This document shows positions 39,795-59,050 of a DNA stretch of 64,000 nucleotides, in pieces. This stretch comes from Neocallimastix sp. 'constans'. Taxonomy: Eukaryota. The stretch is from the NCBI GenBank assembly GCA_050613775.1, contig JBODTK010000016.1, forward strand, positions 744,001 to 808,000, read 5' to 3'. The translations under genes were made by a program, and so were the position numbers. Below the pieces are notes generated by a model. The model saw nothing but the letters and a program-made list of their open reading frames with translations, searched no databases and was not told the origin of the DNA. The first letter of the stretch is position 1. Each line of letters begins with the position of its first letter.

Positions 39795-41603
39795 ATGCAT
39801 TCAATGAATTCAATGGGTTTGCGTCATACACCAAATCCACAGTTGGCACAATTTTTTTACCAACAACAACAGCAACAACAAGGATCAGGAATGAATCTTG
39901 GTCCAAATCCAGTGCCATCTATGGTTTCGCCAATTCATCAGAATATGAATAATATAAATAATATGGCAAATCATATTTCATCCAATGATAATTATTCCTC
40001 TTATAATATTAATACATCTGTTGGATCAAATGCTGCTAATATTGGAAGTGTACCATTAGGTATTCAGCAACAGCAGCAACAACAAAGAAATATGAATCAA
40101 AATAATACACAGTATGAAAAGATTTTCCAAAATATATTGGAACTTCTCGATCCAGCTTCTAGAGAACAAGCATTAGCAGAATTAAATAAAAAGAAAGATT
40201 CTTATGAAGATTTAGCTCCAATCTTATGGAATTCATTTGGTATAATATAAGAAAAAAAATATATATATTTTACTATTTACTTTATATTAATGAAAATTAA
40301 AAAATAAAATATTTATATTTTATAAAATCTAATTTAAATAAATATTCAAAATTAAATTATTGCTATTTTTTATCATTTAATTTAAAGGTGTTATGACAAT
40401 TTTACTTCAAGAAATTGTATCAATATACCCATTTTTGTTATCACCAAATATTACAAGTCAATTATTAAATAGAGCTGGTTGTGCAATTAATCTTCTTCAA
40501 TGTATAGCCTCACATAATGACACTCGTGGTTTATTTTTACGAAGTAAATTTCAAATAATTTAATTATTTTATATTATAATTAATATTATTTTTTTTTTTT
40601 TTTTTTTAACTCATATATAAAAAAGAATTTTCATCATTAAAATTGAATAATTTTTTGTAATTACAAAATAAATAATATATAGCCCACATATTATATTTCT
40701 TGTACCCTTTTTTGAAAACAAATAATAGAAATAGATCAATTGAGTATCTTAGAAAAGCTACCCTTTTCTTGATTAGCTCAATGATTAAAGTAAGTATTAT
40801 TATTTATGTTATATTATTTATATTTAATACTTAATAAAAATTATTTTGAATAATAATAAAAATTATAATTTCCAAATTAAAATTTGAAGAATGATAATAA
40901 AGATGCTATCGAATTTCTTATTTCTTCAGAAATTATTCCTTTAATCTTGCGTATCTTAGAAGTTGGATCAGATGCTGAAAAAAATGTAATATATATATAC
41001 AATAATTTAATAAAAATTTAAAGAAATTATCTTATTTTTTGGAGATAAATAATGTTCTAATACGTTTTAATAACTTACGTTTAAATAATTAACAAACAAA
41101 CAATACATATATATATATTGTTTAATAATTGTATTTTATATTATCATATTATATTTAAATATATTACTTTCAGTTCGCAATTATTATTATTTATAAAATT
41201 CTTTGTTGTGATTCTGGACTTATTTACATTTGTCAAAGTATTAATAGATTCCGTGCTGTAGAAATTACATTAAAATTGGTTCTTGATTCTTTACCTACCA
41301 CTCAATCTCTTCCAATGGCAAAATATGTTATTAGATGTTATGCAAGATTAGCAGAAAATCCAAAGTATGAATAATATTTACTAAATAATTAAGCAATTTT
41401 AATTTGTTAGTAATTAATATTATTAATTTTGTATGTAATTATATATAATCTATATTATAAAAATTAATAGGATACGTGAAATTTTAAGTAAATATCTTCC
41501 TGGTATATTTAATGACATGACTATTTTACATATTATTAAAGATGATAATAATACTAAAAGATGCCTATCAAATTTATTAATAATGTTAAGTCCAACTCAA
41601 TAA
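39795..41603 (+). CDS. RCD1: CCR4-NOT subunit Rcd1/Caf40/CNOT9 family protein, divergent, with Q/N-rich N-terminus; exons 39795-40239, 40388-40543, 40683-40789, 40890-40985, 41174-41364, 41471-41603
   Basis: [41 protein letters not shown]...[21 protein letters not shown]...EYLR...SEIIPL.LRILE.GS...GL.YICQ...RF...K.VIRCY.RL.ENP; all six exons join in frame. Confidence 0.92.
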
Positions 41604-42405
41604 AATAATCTAGATTAAAAACATAGAATTATTATTATTTTTATTATATTATATTTAATAATATTTTATAATATTTTATTTTATTTTATATTATTTTATA
41701 TTACTTTATTTTTTTATTTTTTTATTTAAAAATTTTAACTTATTATAATAAGAAATAATAAAATTTTTATTGCCATTATATATTATTTCTTGCATTTTTA
41801 TTTTTATCATATATATATATATATATTTATTTATTTACATTGAAGTAATAATAAGAAATCCATTTAAATATTTAATCAGTATTACATTAGTTTATAATTT
41901 AACTAAGATAAAATAAAAATAAAAATAAAAATAAAAATAAAAATTAAAATAAAACTAACAATAATAAAAGAAAAAAAAAATAATATTTTCAACTTCTCAA
42001 AAACCATATTTCTTTCTTTATATATATGGTATAAACAATTATAATAGTAAAAAAAAAAAAAAAAAATTCTAGATTTTTAATTAAAAATAAATATTATAAG
42101 AAAATATAGTACAATACAAAAAATATTAACATATTATAATTAAAGGTAATAACAGATATAAGTTTTATTCATTAAACTATATATATTATATAGTTCAATG
42201 AATTTTAAATAAATTGTTCAATTGTTTAATATATATTAATATATCTTTTTTTTTTTTTTTTTTTTTTTCAGAATTATTTAATATATATATATATATATAA
42301 TTTTTATTTGAATACATAATTTTATAATTTATTCATAAGTTTTGTTAAAACCAAACAAAAAAAAGTAAATAAATATATATATCATTTATTATTTAAATAA
42401 TTAAT

Positions 42406-42453
<48 letters not shown>

Positions 42454-42544
42454 GTTTAATTTCTTATATAATTGTTATAGATTAATTTTAGAATATAACT
42501 TATTAATAATTTTAAATATAAAATAAATATACAAATAAATAATT

Positions 42545-42617
<73 letters not shown>

Positions 42618-43157
42618 GAATTAAAATTTATGGTATTTTTGGTATTATTGAAATTATAATACTATTAAGCAAAAAAATAAAAAAAATAAAATAAAAAAAT
42701 AAAAATATATATATAGAATAAAGGGTTAATATATGAATTTCCAAACATATTTAAATAAATAAATAATAATTAAAATAATTAAAATAATTATAATAATTAA
42801 AACAACATAAATGTTAATATAAAATAATAAATATTAAGCAAAATGATTTTTATTTTATTTTATTTTATTTTATTTTATTTTATTTTTTTTTATTTTAAAA
42901 TATTGATATAATTACTATTAATTTTGATTATATAATTTATATCAAGATTTAAATCCATATTGTTTGAATGATATATTATTATAAACGGTTAAAAAATTTA
43001 AACTTTTTAAAAATTATAAATAAAGTTTGCAACACTTTTTTTTTTTTTTTATTCATTTTACTTTTTAAATAATTGTTACATTACTATTTTTTTTTATACA
43101 TATAATATATAAATTTTTTATTGAATGGTATTGATTTTCAAATAAAATAAAAATAAA

Positions 43158-43205
<48 letters not shown>

Positions 43206-43639
43206 AAATAAAAAAAATTATTAATATTATTATTAAAATTATTAAAATAAAAAATATCATTTATACTAATATAATAAAACTCATCTTATTTGCTAATATC
43301 GAAATTATTATTTGATATTTAAATTTTTATATCTTAAGGTAAGAAAATATTAAAAAAAAATTTTTTTTATCAACATATAATAAATTATACTAAATATACA
43401 AATAAAACCAATAAAAAAAAGATAAAGAATAAAAATAGAAAGTACAAAAAAAAAAAAAAAAAAGAAGGAAAATAATAATAAAAAAAAAAAGGAAAATAAT
43501 AATAATAAAAAAAAAGGAAAATAATAATTAAAAAAAAAGGAAAATAGTAAAAAAAGAAATATTAGAGAGAAGAATAAATAAAATTTTAACCAATTTTATT
43601 TATTTTTATACTAGTGAAATCGAAATAAATAAATAATTA

Positions 43640-48202
<4,563 letters not shown>

Positions 48203-49130
48203 ATTAGTAAAAAAAAATTATTTAAAATTAAATAATAAGAAAATTTTTACAAAAATAAAATAATATATATATATATATAATAGAATAAAAATTATTAAAG
48301 TTGAACATAAATAATTAACGGATTATGTACGAAATTTAGTTACAATAATAATACTAATAGTTTAAAATTTTATTATCAATATTTAATCAATCATCCTATT
48401 AATGTAACATCCAAAATTAATAGATATTATAATTTAAATCTAAAGTATTATATATTAAAAAAATTTAAAATAAAAATTTTGAAAAGTATGACTTTATATA
48501 TGTATTTTATAATAAGAACATATAATAATATTAAAGTTTAGTTTAAAAAAATTAATAGTAATTTAGAAAATATTCGTATTTTCAATAAAAAATATATATT
48601 ACATGAAAAAGAGTTATAATTTTAATAAAAATGACAAAATAGATATTGAAAATATATTATTAAAAATGGTAATAAGATCATTTCTAATATTATAGCAATA
48701 TTAAAATTCATATTAATAGACAATAACAAATTAATAGTAAAAATTGATTTATTGATTTATTTTAATGATGATAGTTCAATAAATAGAATTTTTAATGAAT
48801 ATAGTAAAAAGAGGAAAAAAAGAAAAATAATGAAGTATCTAAAAAAGGAAAATGATTTGTTATTCATCATACTACCTTTTATATGATATAATGGGAAGTT
48901 ATGTAATTTCTAATTATACTGTTCATTAAAATGTAGTAATTATTTTTATGTTGAGTTAAATGATGGTATAATAAAAATTATTATGCAATTAAAATATGCA
49001 TATATTGTTATTTGAAATTATATATTTAAATTATGTAAATTTTTATTACACATTTTTTATTGTTAATTTTAATAAATTGTGTTTGCTTATTATATTAGTA
49101 AAAATCATTGGATAAAAACAATAATTGTTG

Positions 49131-49594
49131 GGTTCGCTGAGTTGGCTCAATCGGTTAAGAACAATACAGGTTACTGTAGAATTCTTGGTTCGATTCACAA
49201 CACAGCCATATAACATGCTTCAAGATTTCTATCCTGGGATATTATAAAACTACAATGATATCTAAAAGATTTTCCTTGAGAGTATATTGGACCCAACCCC
49301 AGCGATACTACGCTATATCTTAATTATAGGCACTGATGATATTATGTCCTCACGCCAATGATTACATTTACTAGAGGGGTGAATAGTTCCCATTCCGATG
49401 CTCGTGATCAATAGAGATATATGTAGGAATGTTGGGGAATACAGCCCCAGGAAGACTTGTAAAAACGTATGGAGGGGCGACGCTATATTATTATGCCAGT
49501 AAATATTATACTTAATAGTTATATCTATTATGATCATAATGGGAGATGAGTACTCATTTTGTGTGTCTAAGTTATTTTAGAGAAAAAAGTTAAT
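49131..49594 (+). mobile_element. tRNA-derived SINE-like element, copy B, full head, flanked by a 10-bp TSD
   Basis: ATAATTGTTG at 49121-49130 and 49595-49604; head GCTGAGTTGGCTCAATCGGTTAAGAAC (A box)...TTGGTTCGATTC (B box)...CACAGCCA; body shares TTTCTATCCTGGGATAT, GATACTACGCT, CGCCAATGATTACA, GATGCTCGTG, AGAGATATATGTAGGAA and ATGGGAGATG with copy A. Confidence 0.85.
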
Positions 49595-50913
49595 ATAATT
49601 GTTGAAAAGATGAAAAAGTTTATTAAATATAATTAAAAAATTAATGATGAAAAAAATTAATATATTATAATTAATATAAAAATAGAAGAGAAATAGAATT
49701 TATTAATAATTTATTATTTTTTTATTTATCTATTTTTTTATTTATTTATTTTTTGTTGCTTTATTATTTTTATTTTATTATAAATACCTTATTGATATAT
49801 ATATATATATATATATAACAATATATACTAAATCGATTTATAAAAGATATAAATTCATAAAAGATATATAATATATTGAAATTTAAATATTAATGATGAA
49901 AATTTAATATTAATATAAATAATATTTATAAAAATTTGTTATTACCATTATTATTTTAATTTTATTTTAAATTTTATATTGAACCAAAAGTAAAGCACTA
50001 TCATTGAAACACGTAAACAATTAAATTTAATTAATTGCTTAATCCATATTTTTAACTATATAAATAATGTATAAAGTAGTTATTTATAATTACTGACTAT
50101 CCTATTTATATATAGGTTTTGTTTTAAATTCATAATTTAAATATATTTGTAAAATAATTATTAAAAATTAGAAGTTCATAAAAATATTATTTATATATTT
50201 ACTTTAATAATGTATTAAATTATTAAAGTATATTATATATATATATTGTAAATAAAAATGTGAAATTTATATATGCATATAATATATATATATAAACATT
50301 AATATATTATATTTAATAAATGAAATATATATTCATTTATTAAATGTAATATGTATATAAATAATATTTTATTATTTTTTTTTTATTAATTTTTTTTTTA
50401 TTTTTATTTTTTATATATATATTTAATTATTGTTATTATTATTATTATCATTTTTTTTTATTTTTATTTTAATTTTTATTTTTATTTTTATTTTTTTTTT
50501 ATAATCTTCTTTATTCAAAGTTGTAATAAAGCAAATAAATCTTAATATAAATTTTATTCAATAAAGAGATTTGTACTTTTTAGGAAATATAAGGGAATTA
50601 AAAATTAATTAATAATATAATATCATTTTGATTAAAATTTATTTTAATTTTATATTATTTAAAGAAAAGTAACTCATTAAAAGTTTCAATTTATGAAGAC
50701 CTATTATAATTTTAATATAATTTGAATTTGATCTTTTAATTCCTTATACTTGTAAAATTTAAAATAGCAAATTTAAATTTATTTTATATTTACTATTTTA
50801 TATATATATTATTTTTATTTGATAATATCTTCTTTTTAATAGACCATAATTATATTATTATCAAAAAGATATAGATTAGAAAAAAAAAAAGGAAAAAGAA
50901 AAAGAAAAAGATA

Positions 50914-53900
50914 ATGTTTGGATCATCAACTTTTGGAAACAATGCCCAATCAAGTTTTGGAAATACCAATAATGGTAATATTAAATTTTAAATATCTAAA
51001 ATATATATTAAATCGTGTAATATTAAAAATAAAAGCTTTTATTTTGATTAATTGAAATAATTTAAATTGAAAACAAATTATTGCTGCTATTTAAAATTAC
51101 TTAATAATTTATTAGGTTTTGGTTCATCTACTTTTGGGAATACTGGTTTTGGAAATAACCAGCAAAATAATACAATGAGTTTTGGAGGTGGTGCTTTTGG
51201 AAATAATCAAAATTCTGCTTTTGGTTCATCAAATAATGCATTTGGAAATAAATCGTTTGGTCAAAGTAATTCTATGTTTGGAAATAATAATCAAAGTTCT
51301 TTTGGATTTGGCTCAAATAACAGTAATATTTTATATATGAAGATAAATTTTTTTTTATATTATACATATAAATTTTTTTTAAATTTGTATATTCTTTATT
51401 AAATAATGAAAAATATATATATTATATATATTTATTTAAAAGATAATACATCAACATTTGGCACTAATAATACATTTGGTACAAAGTCTTTTGGAATGGG
51501 GAATGGTTCCACATTTGGTGGAAATACAGGTGGTTTTGGCTCGCAAAACAATACAGGCTTTGGGTTTAATTCTAGTATGACTCAAAATCAAGGTACTGGT
51601 AATCCGCCATATTCAGTTCATTCCGAAAAAGAACCAAATATGACCCAAATGAGTAACTTTCATAGTATTACGGCAATGCCACAATATACGAACTTTTCTT
51701 TTGAAGTAAGTTTACAAAATTTATATATTTGTAATTAGTGAATATATAAATAGTAAAATTAATATTATTTTTATTTCATAGGAATTACGTTTAAAAGATT
51801 ATCAAATGAATAAAAAGTTTCCACAAGGAGGATTTTCAAATACTAATACATTTGGAAGTAGTAGTTTTGGAATGAACTCTAATAATCAAGGTATATACAT
51901 ATATACATATTTATTAAGAGTTGTAATATTAGAAATAAATTAATTAATATATATTTAAAATATATTTATAGCATTTGGTCAAAAGTCTGCATTTGGAAAC
52001 ACAACAAGTAGTTTTGGCCAAAATAATATGAATTCTTTTGGATCAAGTAATAATGGGTTTGGTTCAAACAATAATGCTTTTGGAACTAATAATAATGCTT
52101 TTGGTTCAAATAATAATACTGGAACTAGCTTATTTGGTTCAAATCAAAATAATGCATTTGGTCAAATGAATAATAATTCAGCATTTGGTAGTTCATTAAA
52201 GTCAACAAACTCAGGATTTGGATTTGGTAATAATACCGGTTTTGGATCTAATAATAATGCTACTTCCGCATTTGGAAATAATAATAATAATTCAACTGGT
52301 TTTAGTTTCGGAACACAAAATAATAATACTGGTGCATTTGGTAATACAAATAACGCTTTTGGAATGAAATCAACAAATAATACAGGAACTTCTGGTTTTG
52401 GTTTTGGTTCAAATCAAAATAATAATTCATTATCCATAAATAAACCAACAAACTCGACTGGCTTATTTTCCTCATTTGGTAATAATAATAATAATAGTTC
52501 AACAAGTTTGTTTGGAAATACTCAAAATAACAACTCGACTAGTTTATTTGGTAATAATAATACTAACACAGGCGGTTTATTTGGAAATAAATCAACTCTC
52601 GGAGGTGGCTTTAATATAAATAAACCAGCAACTTCAACATTAAATACAACAAATAAGCCTTTGTTTTCATTTAGTAATACTGGAACAAATAATACTGGTT
52701 TTGGTAATCAAAGTACATCTTTATTCCAAAATAAGCCCATTACAACAGGCTTTTCATCATTAAATACAGCTAAACCAGTTACGGGAAGTCTCTTTGGTTC
52801 AACTAATACCACGTTAGGTGGAATGAATACAGGATTAAATCAAGCCCCACTTCAAGCAGCTATTGATCAAGCACCATATGGAATTAATCCATTATTTGAA
52901 TCATCAACAACTTCAAGTACATTAGGTGCTTCTACAACTGAAGTTTCAGATTCATCAAAAATAAAGAAATCAATTAGCTCTTCGCAATATAAAACTACGC
53001 CAAAGGATACAACAAAAATTAAACTTCAGGGATTCTCTGCTCCGTCACCTGGTTTGAAACCAGAATTAAGTAGAAAGGCTTTATTTGGTGGTAAGAGTAT
53101 TGATGATCCTCTATTAACAAATAAACTTGTAACAAGAAAAAGTATTAAAAAATTAATTATTACAAAAGACGATGATAAAAATGGAAATATTAAGTTTAAT
53201 TCTTCATCATCTATTCAAAAAGAAAATAAAAAGATAAACTTTAATGACAATCTTGAAATTAGTGCTTCAAATAGCAAACAAAAATTAGCTGTTACCCCAT
53301 TTACAGTAAATAAAAATACTACTAATATTATAAAACCTGGTATTTTTTTAACTCTAAATGGAAAGTTATCTAATGAAACTAAGGTAATAACAAAGGATGA
53401 AGCTGAAGAAACAAAATCATCATACATAAATGATTATATTGTTTCACCTTCACTCTCAGAAATGAATCGTATGTCTAATGATGAATTAAGGCATATTAAG
53501 AATTTAATTGTTACTTATCCAGGGGTTGGCTCCGTTCATTTCTTAGAACCAGTTGATTTGATTTCAGCATCACCAACTCATGATCGTAATGGCATTGTTA
53601 AGATATTTGGTAGTGTTATTATTATTGAACCTAAAGTATGTACTGTTTATCCAGGAGAAGAAAATAAACCACCAGTTGGTCAAGGATTAAATGTTCCAGC
53701 ACATATTGAATTATTAAAGTGTTGGACTATGGATAAAACAACACAAAAGCCAATTGTTGATGTTGAGCATCCAAGATTTAAGAGACATATGAAGAAGTTA
53801 AAAACAATGCCAGATACTGAGTTTATTTCATTTGATATAGAGACTGGTTGTTGGTCATTTAATGTTGAACATTTTAGTAGATATGGTTTATTTAATGAAG

Positions 53901-56900
53901 AAGAAGAGGAAGAAGCTGAAGTTGAAAAAAATGATACCAAGTTTTGTAAAATTCGTCAAAATAGTACTGATGAATCACGCTGTGGAGTTTATGAAGTAGT
54001 AAGTGTTGACATTTCTTCAGATGAAGATGATGAAAATTCTAATACTGGAGCAAAAAAACATGAAAACAAAGAATTATTAAAGAAACTTGTTTCTGGAGAA
54101 TTAGAATTATTAGCTGAAGAAGTTTATCATAGTACATCCGAAAGTTCCAATAATGAGGCAAGTAGTGAAGAAGAGAATTCTGAAAAAATGATATTTCAAA
54201 GTAATGATAAAAAGGAATTTGAATCTGAAAAAAAATCTGATAATCACAAGATTAAAGGTAAATTAAAGGAAAATGAGAATTTAAAAGAACAAAATTTAAA
54301 ACATAAAGAAGAAATCATTTCAGGTAAAAGAAAACATAATTCTAAATATGAAGGATCATTTAAATCTGATGATGATCATCCAATAAAAAAGCTTAAATCG
54401 AAGAGTTTAAATACTAATCCCTTTTCTCAAAAGGTTAGCTAAATATAGTAAAATTTTAATTAATACTTTTTTATATTTATAGTTCATCTTGTTATTATTA
54501 TTATTATTATGAAATATTTTTATTAAAATATTATTTAAATTTTAAGTATATTTATATAAATAAAATTTTTTTTGATATGAAATTAATTAATATATATAGT
54601 TAAATACAATGTTTAAAGCAAAGATATATATATATATATATATTTTTTTTTTTTAATTTCTTTTACTTTTTATGATTTTAAATTTATTATATTCAATAAA
54701 TAAAAGTTAAATATGAAATATATATATCAAAATATAAAATGTTACTGTTATTAGATCAATTGTTAATAATAATAACAAAGTTAAGATATAAAGCACTAAA
54801 ATAATAATATGTTGAATAAATAATATAATTATTTTTAGAAATAAAAAAGTAAAAGATTAAGAGATATAAAATATATTTTTAGTATTATTTTGTGTTTAAA
54901 ATTATAATTCTATCTTAACTTTGATTTAAATTTATTATGTTTTATACCTAATTTAAAATAAATACATATTTAAATAATTATATATATTTGTTTACATAAT
55001 ATTTATCAAAATATATATTATTACTCTTTTAAATTATTATATATTATTTTAGGAAAATGAATCAAATATCAATAATGTCATTGAACATACTGAAAGCGTA
55101 TCATTTAATCACGAAAAAAATTATAAAAATATAGGATTAGCACTTTCCCGTAGCTTTAGAGTTGGATGGGGTCCTGGTGGTATATTAATTACTAAATTAC
55201 CAAATATTGTAAAAAATACATCTGATGGAAATATTGTTGCAATGGAAAAAATTGTTATTCACCGTTTAAATTTATTTGATGAAGCTAATGATCTAAAGAT
55301 TAAAGAACAACATCGAATAACTCTTCAGAATCAATTTAATAACGCGAAGATTGTGAATGAATCAGAAATTAAAGACAATGTATTTCAAAAGAATGATAAA
55401 AATAGTATCATTGAAAATATTCCAAGAGTTGAACTTTCACCAAAAATATCATTTGAATCATTCATCGACATAATAAGTTCCCAAAAGAAAAACATATTTA
55501 GTCGAAATGAGATAATGATTTGGAAACTCTGTGAGGCTCTTTTTGATCCAATATTAATTAATATGTCAGAAAATGATGAATTAATAGAAAAAGTTCTTGA
55601 TGAAAGTAAGAATGAATACTTTTCTAAAATGTATAAAAAAGAGCGAATTAATCAATGGCTTGAAGAATTTTTACAAGATGAAATTGAACAAAATATTATT
55701 ACTTTAAAAAAAAAAATAAAATCAACAAAAGATAAAGTTAAATTAAAAGAATTGAATAATGAAATTATTTTCAATCTTCTTTCTGGAAGAAAATTATCAA
55801 AAGCTTGTAAAGAAATCATTAAACAAGGTGATTATAGATTAGCTACTATAATTGCACAATGTGGTAGCTGTTTTGAAGGTTCTGAATCTGTTTCTTATGG
55901 TAAAGGTGTTCCTGGTTCTGGTGTAATGGATAACTATACACAAAATTTAATAAATCAACAAATTGCTCTCTGGGAAAATGAAGTAAATGAAAATAACTTT
56001 AAGTCAAACTATATCAATCTTTGGAAATTAATTGGTGGTCAAATTGATGAAGTCTGTTATGGTTTAAATAGCTGGAAAAGGACTTTTGCGCTTTTTGTAT
56101 GGTTCGCCGATGGTGGTATGGATGAAATTAAAGAATCATTAGCAAAATATGACCAAATTTTAGAAAGTCAAAGAAAACAAAATATTGTTCGTAAAGAGGA
56201 TTTAATTTCAGAACCATTACCATCTTATTTTGAAAAACATTTATATAATGAGGGTAATAACAAGTCACCAGATGAAGAAAACAATAATTTATTTGAATAT
56301 TTTGATATGAAAAAGAAACCAAAACATTTTGATATTATATATCATTTACTTAAATATTATGTTGATCGTTCCTATTCCAAAAGTAAAATTTTGTCACCAC
56401 AAAATATATCAAGTGATATGCTTGATTATCGTATTCCATGGTTAATTAATTCTGTATTGACTAAATCTATATTATTTTCTGAAGAGGATAGAAAAATTCA
56501 AGATAAATTAACTATATCTCTCGCATTTCAATTAGAAAATCTTGGAATGTGGGACTGGGCATGCTATGTATGTTTATTCATTACAGATAAAAATTGTCGT
56601 GAAATCGCAATTAAGAATTTATTATACACATATTTTCCAGTCAATAATCATAGTGGAAGTGTTTACCAAGAATTATATCCAACTAAAACATCTAATATTG
56701 ATAATAATGATACTGACGGCGCTTCTGAAATCAATGGAACATGCTCTAATAATGATGATGAAAATAAAAATGAAAATGAAAAAAGTAATAGTACAGACTT
56801 TACTGAAGATAATTCAAAAAATAATTTAAAAGACAATGAATTATGGTCTTTCTTAGTGGATGAATTAAAAATCCCAAAAATATGGATTCATGAAGCTAGA

Positions 56901-57546
56901 ATTATGAAAGCTCGGTATAATCATGATGTTATTTTAGAAGCTATTTATTTGATTGATGCCAAATGTTGGAATAAAGTTCATAATCTTGTCATTAATGAAA
57001 TTCTCCCAGAAGCTATTATTAATAATGACACCACATTTGCTTTAAATATTTTAAAGAAAATCGATAAAGAAAAGGTTAAAGATTGGAAGAATGGTGGTGA
57101 ATTATTCCTTAACTATCTAGAAATAATTAAGCATTCCAGTGATAAAATATTTAATATAGTTAATACCAAAGAACTGTTAGAAAAATTAAATAATAATCAA
57201 AAATCTATTCAAAAGCAGCTAAATATAATGAAAAAGACATCAACAACCTATGATATTTTATTAAAGCGTAAGATTTGTTTGAGCTCAATGTGCAAGGAAC
57301 TTATTAAATATATTGCTGATCATGAAACAAATAAGGTAAAGAAAAATATATTTAAATACTTATTAAATTAATTATATATTTATATATAATAAAAAAAATT
57401 AATATTAAAATTTTATAAAATAAAATTAAAAAAATTAGGAAAACAATAATGAATTAATTTTTTCATTTAATATTCCAGAAAATCAAAGATTATACAATGT
57501 AAAAAAGATATCAAATGAATGGTTTGATAATGTTATTGCTTTATAA
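50914..57546 (+). CDS. NUP98: Nup98-Nup96 nucleoporin precursor; exons approx 50914-50974, 51116-51322, 51443-51705, 51782-51890, 51972-54433, 55053-57335, 57439-57546
   Basis: FG repeats; GLEBS motif (GTGNPPY...FHSITAMPQYTNFSFEELRLKDY); autopeptidase domain GSVHFLEPVDL...KPPVGQGLNVPA.I.L...WSFNVEHF|SRY (HFS at 53870-53878); Nup96 part RSFRVGWGPGG, GDYRLATII, WKRTFALFVWF, AFQLENLGMWDWA. Confidence 0.96.
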
Positions 57547-58654
57547 TTATTCTAAAAGCAAATAACAAACTATCCTTCATCAATAAAATTCTAAAAATTT
57601 TTTTATTTTTTTAAAAAATTATCATTGCTTAATATATATTTCTTTTTATCATTTTAGTATCTTTTTTTTTTTTTTTTTTTTTTCCTATTTATTTATTTTT
57701 TTTATTAAATGAAAATCTTATTATTAATATTTATATAAATATCAATGAATTATTTTTTTTTTAAGTATTTGTAATTATTATTAAATATATTATATTAATA
57801 TAATATATATATAAAAGTTTTAGTAATATTTAATGATGTAAAATTAATTAAATATAAAAATAAAATTTATTAGATTTTTTTAAAAAATTTTTATTATTGT
57901 TACTATTACTATTACTATTATTGTTGTTGTATTATTTTGAATTATAATTTATTTATTTCTTATAAAGATATATAATATTTCCAAATTTTATATATATAAA
58001 AATATTAATAAAGTTAAAGATATAAATATAAAAGTTATTAATAGAAATTATGCCCCCTCAGGGATGTATCTCTTTCTATAGGGAAGATCATCTTAAATTC
58101 TGTGATACCAGAGGTTATGGTAAAAATCTAAGCATCGCTCAATGGTTGTTTCTATTTACATTTATAAACAATAAAATAAATAAAAAAATAAATTGTTATC
58201 AGCATTTACAAATAAAATATTAAAATAAATGAGTTTTAATTATAATTTGTTTTTTAAAAGTTATTTTAAAAATAATTAAAATTGAAGTTAAGCTATAAAA
58301 TTAAATAAATATTAATTATTATAAAAAATAGAAGTAATTTTAAAACTATTTATTTATTTATAAGATTTTAGATTTTTGTATGTTTATATAATAATTGTTT
58401 ATAAAAGTTTATATTAAAATTCTTTATTATTTACGAGTTTATTATTTTATTTGTTTATTTTAATTATTAATTTATTTTAGTTTTTAATTAAAATAGTTAA
58501 TGATTAATTAGATTATTATTATTTTTGTTTAATTAATTCTTTCTTTTTTTAGAATGGATTTCGGTCTTTAAAGTATTAATTTTTGGGTTAAGTTAAATAA
58601 GAATTTGTTATATATTAATTATTTTGATTTTATAATTTCATTATTATTTATCAA

Positions 58655-59050
58655 TTTCTCCGCCTTAAGAGTCAACTTCGTCCCTTGAAGTTATATCATT
58701 TTCTTGTAGTACATAAGGAAAAACATTTTTTTATGTGAACATTACGTTCGAGAAGTTTATCTGTTTGGGAGTTTCTAATACTAAGGTATTAAAATTTTGT
58801 TTATTTACTACTTTAAAGGGACTATAAAAATAAGGATCAAGTTTACTGTTTACTTCTTCCTTTAAGTCTAATCATTACGTAATCGCCGGATTTATAAGTT
58901 TTTCTTAAAGCTTTATTGAAACCGATTTGATGCTCCCAATATTTGTATGCATGGTCCGAGTATTTTGTGGCTTGTTGTATCCATTTTTGATGTATAAGAA
59001 TCTTCTGAAGATATACTCTTCTTCTGCTTCGTTAGGATCTTTGCATATGC
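58655..59050 (-). mobile_element. Ty3/gypsy integrase C-terminal remnant with polypurine tract and putative LTR start
   Basis: Minus strand: KWIQQATKYS...YKSGDYVMIRL...SKLDPYFYSPFKVV...NTLVLE...RNVHIKNVFPY (GPY/F-like module, frameshifted), then AAGGCGGAGAAA and TGATAAAT at ~58653. Confidence 0.75.

Noticed and set aside
48300..48880. Stretch that looks like a decayed coding sequence
   Set aside because: Stops in all frames and no recognisable motif; cannot be supported without a search
49136..49208. Functional tRNA gene
   Set aside because: Anticodon arm and T-stem are defective, there is no terminator after the acceptor stem, and it is fused to the SINE body inside a TSD
49330..49400. Hammerhead ribozyme suggested by CTGATGA
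   Set aside because: No appropriately placed GAAA with flanking stems, and the motif is not conserved in copy A (TTGATGA)
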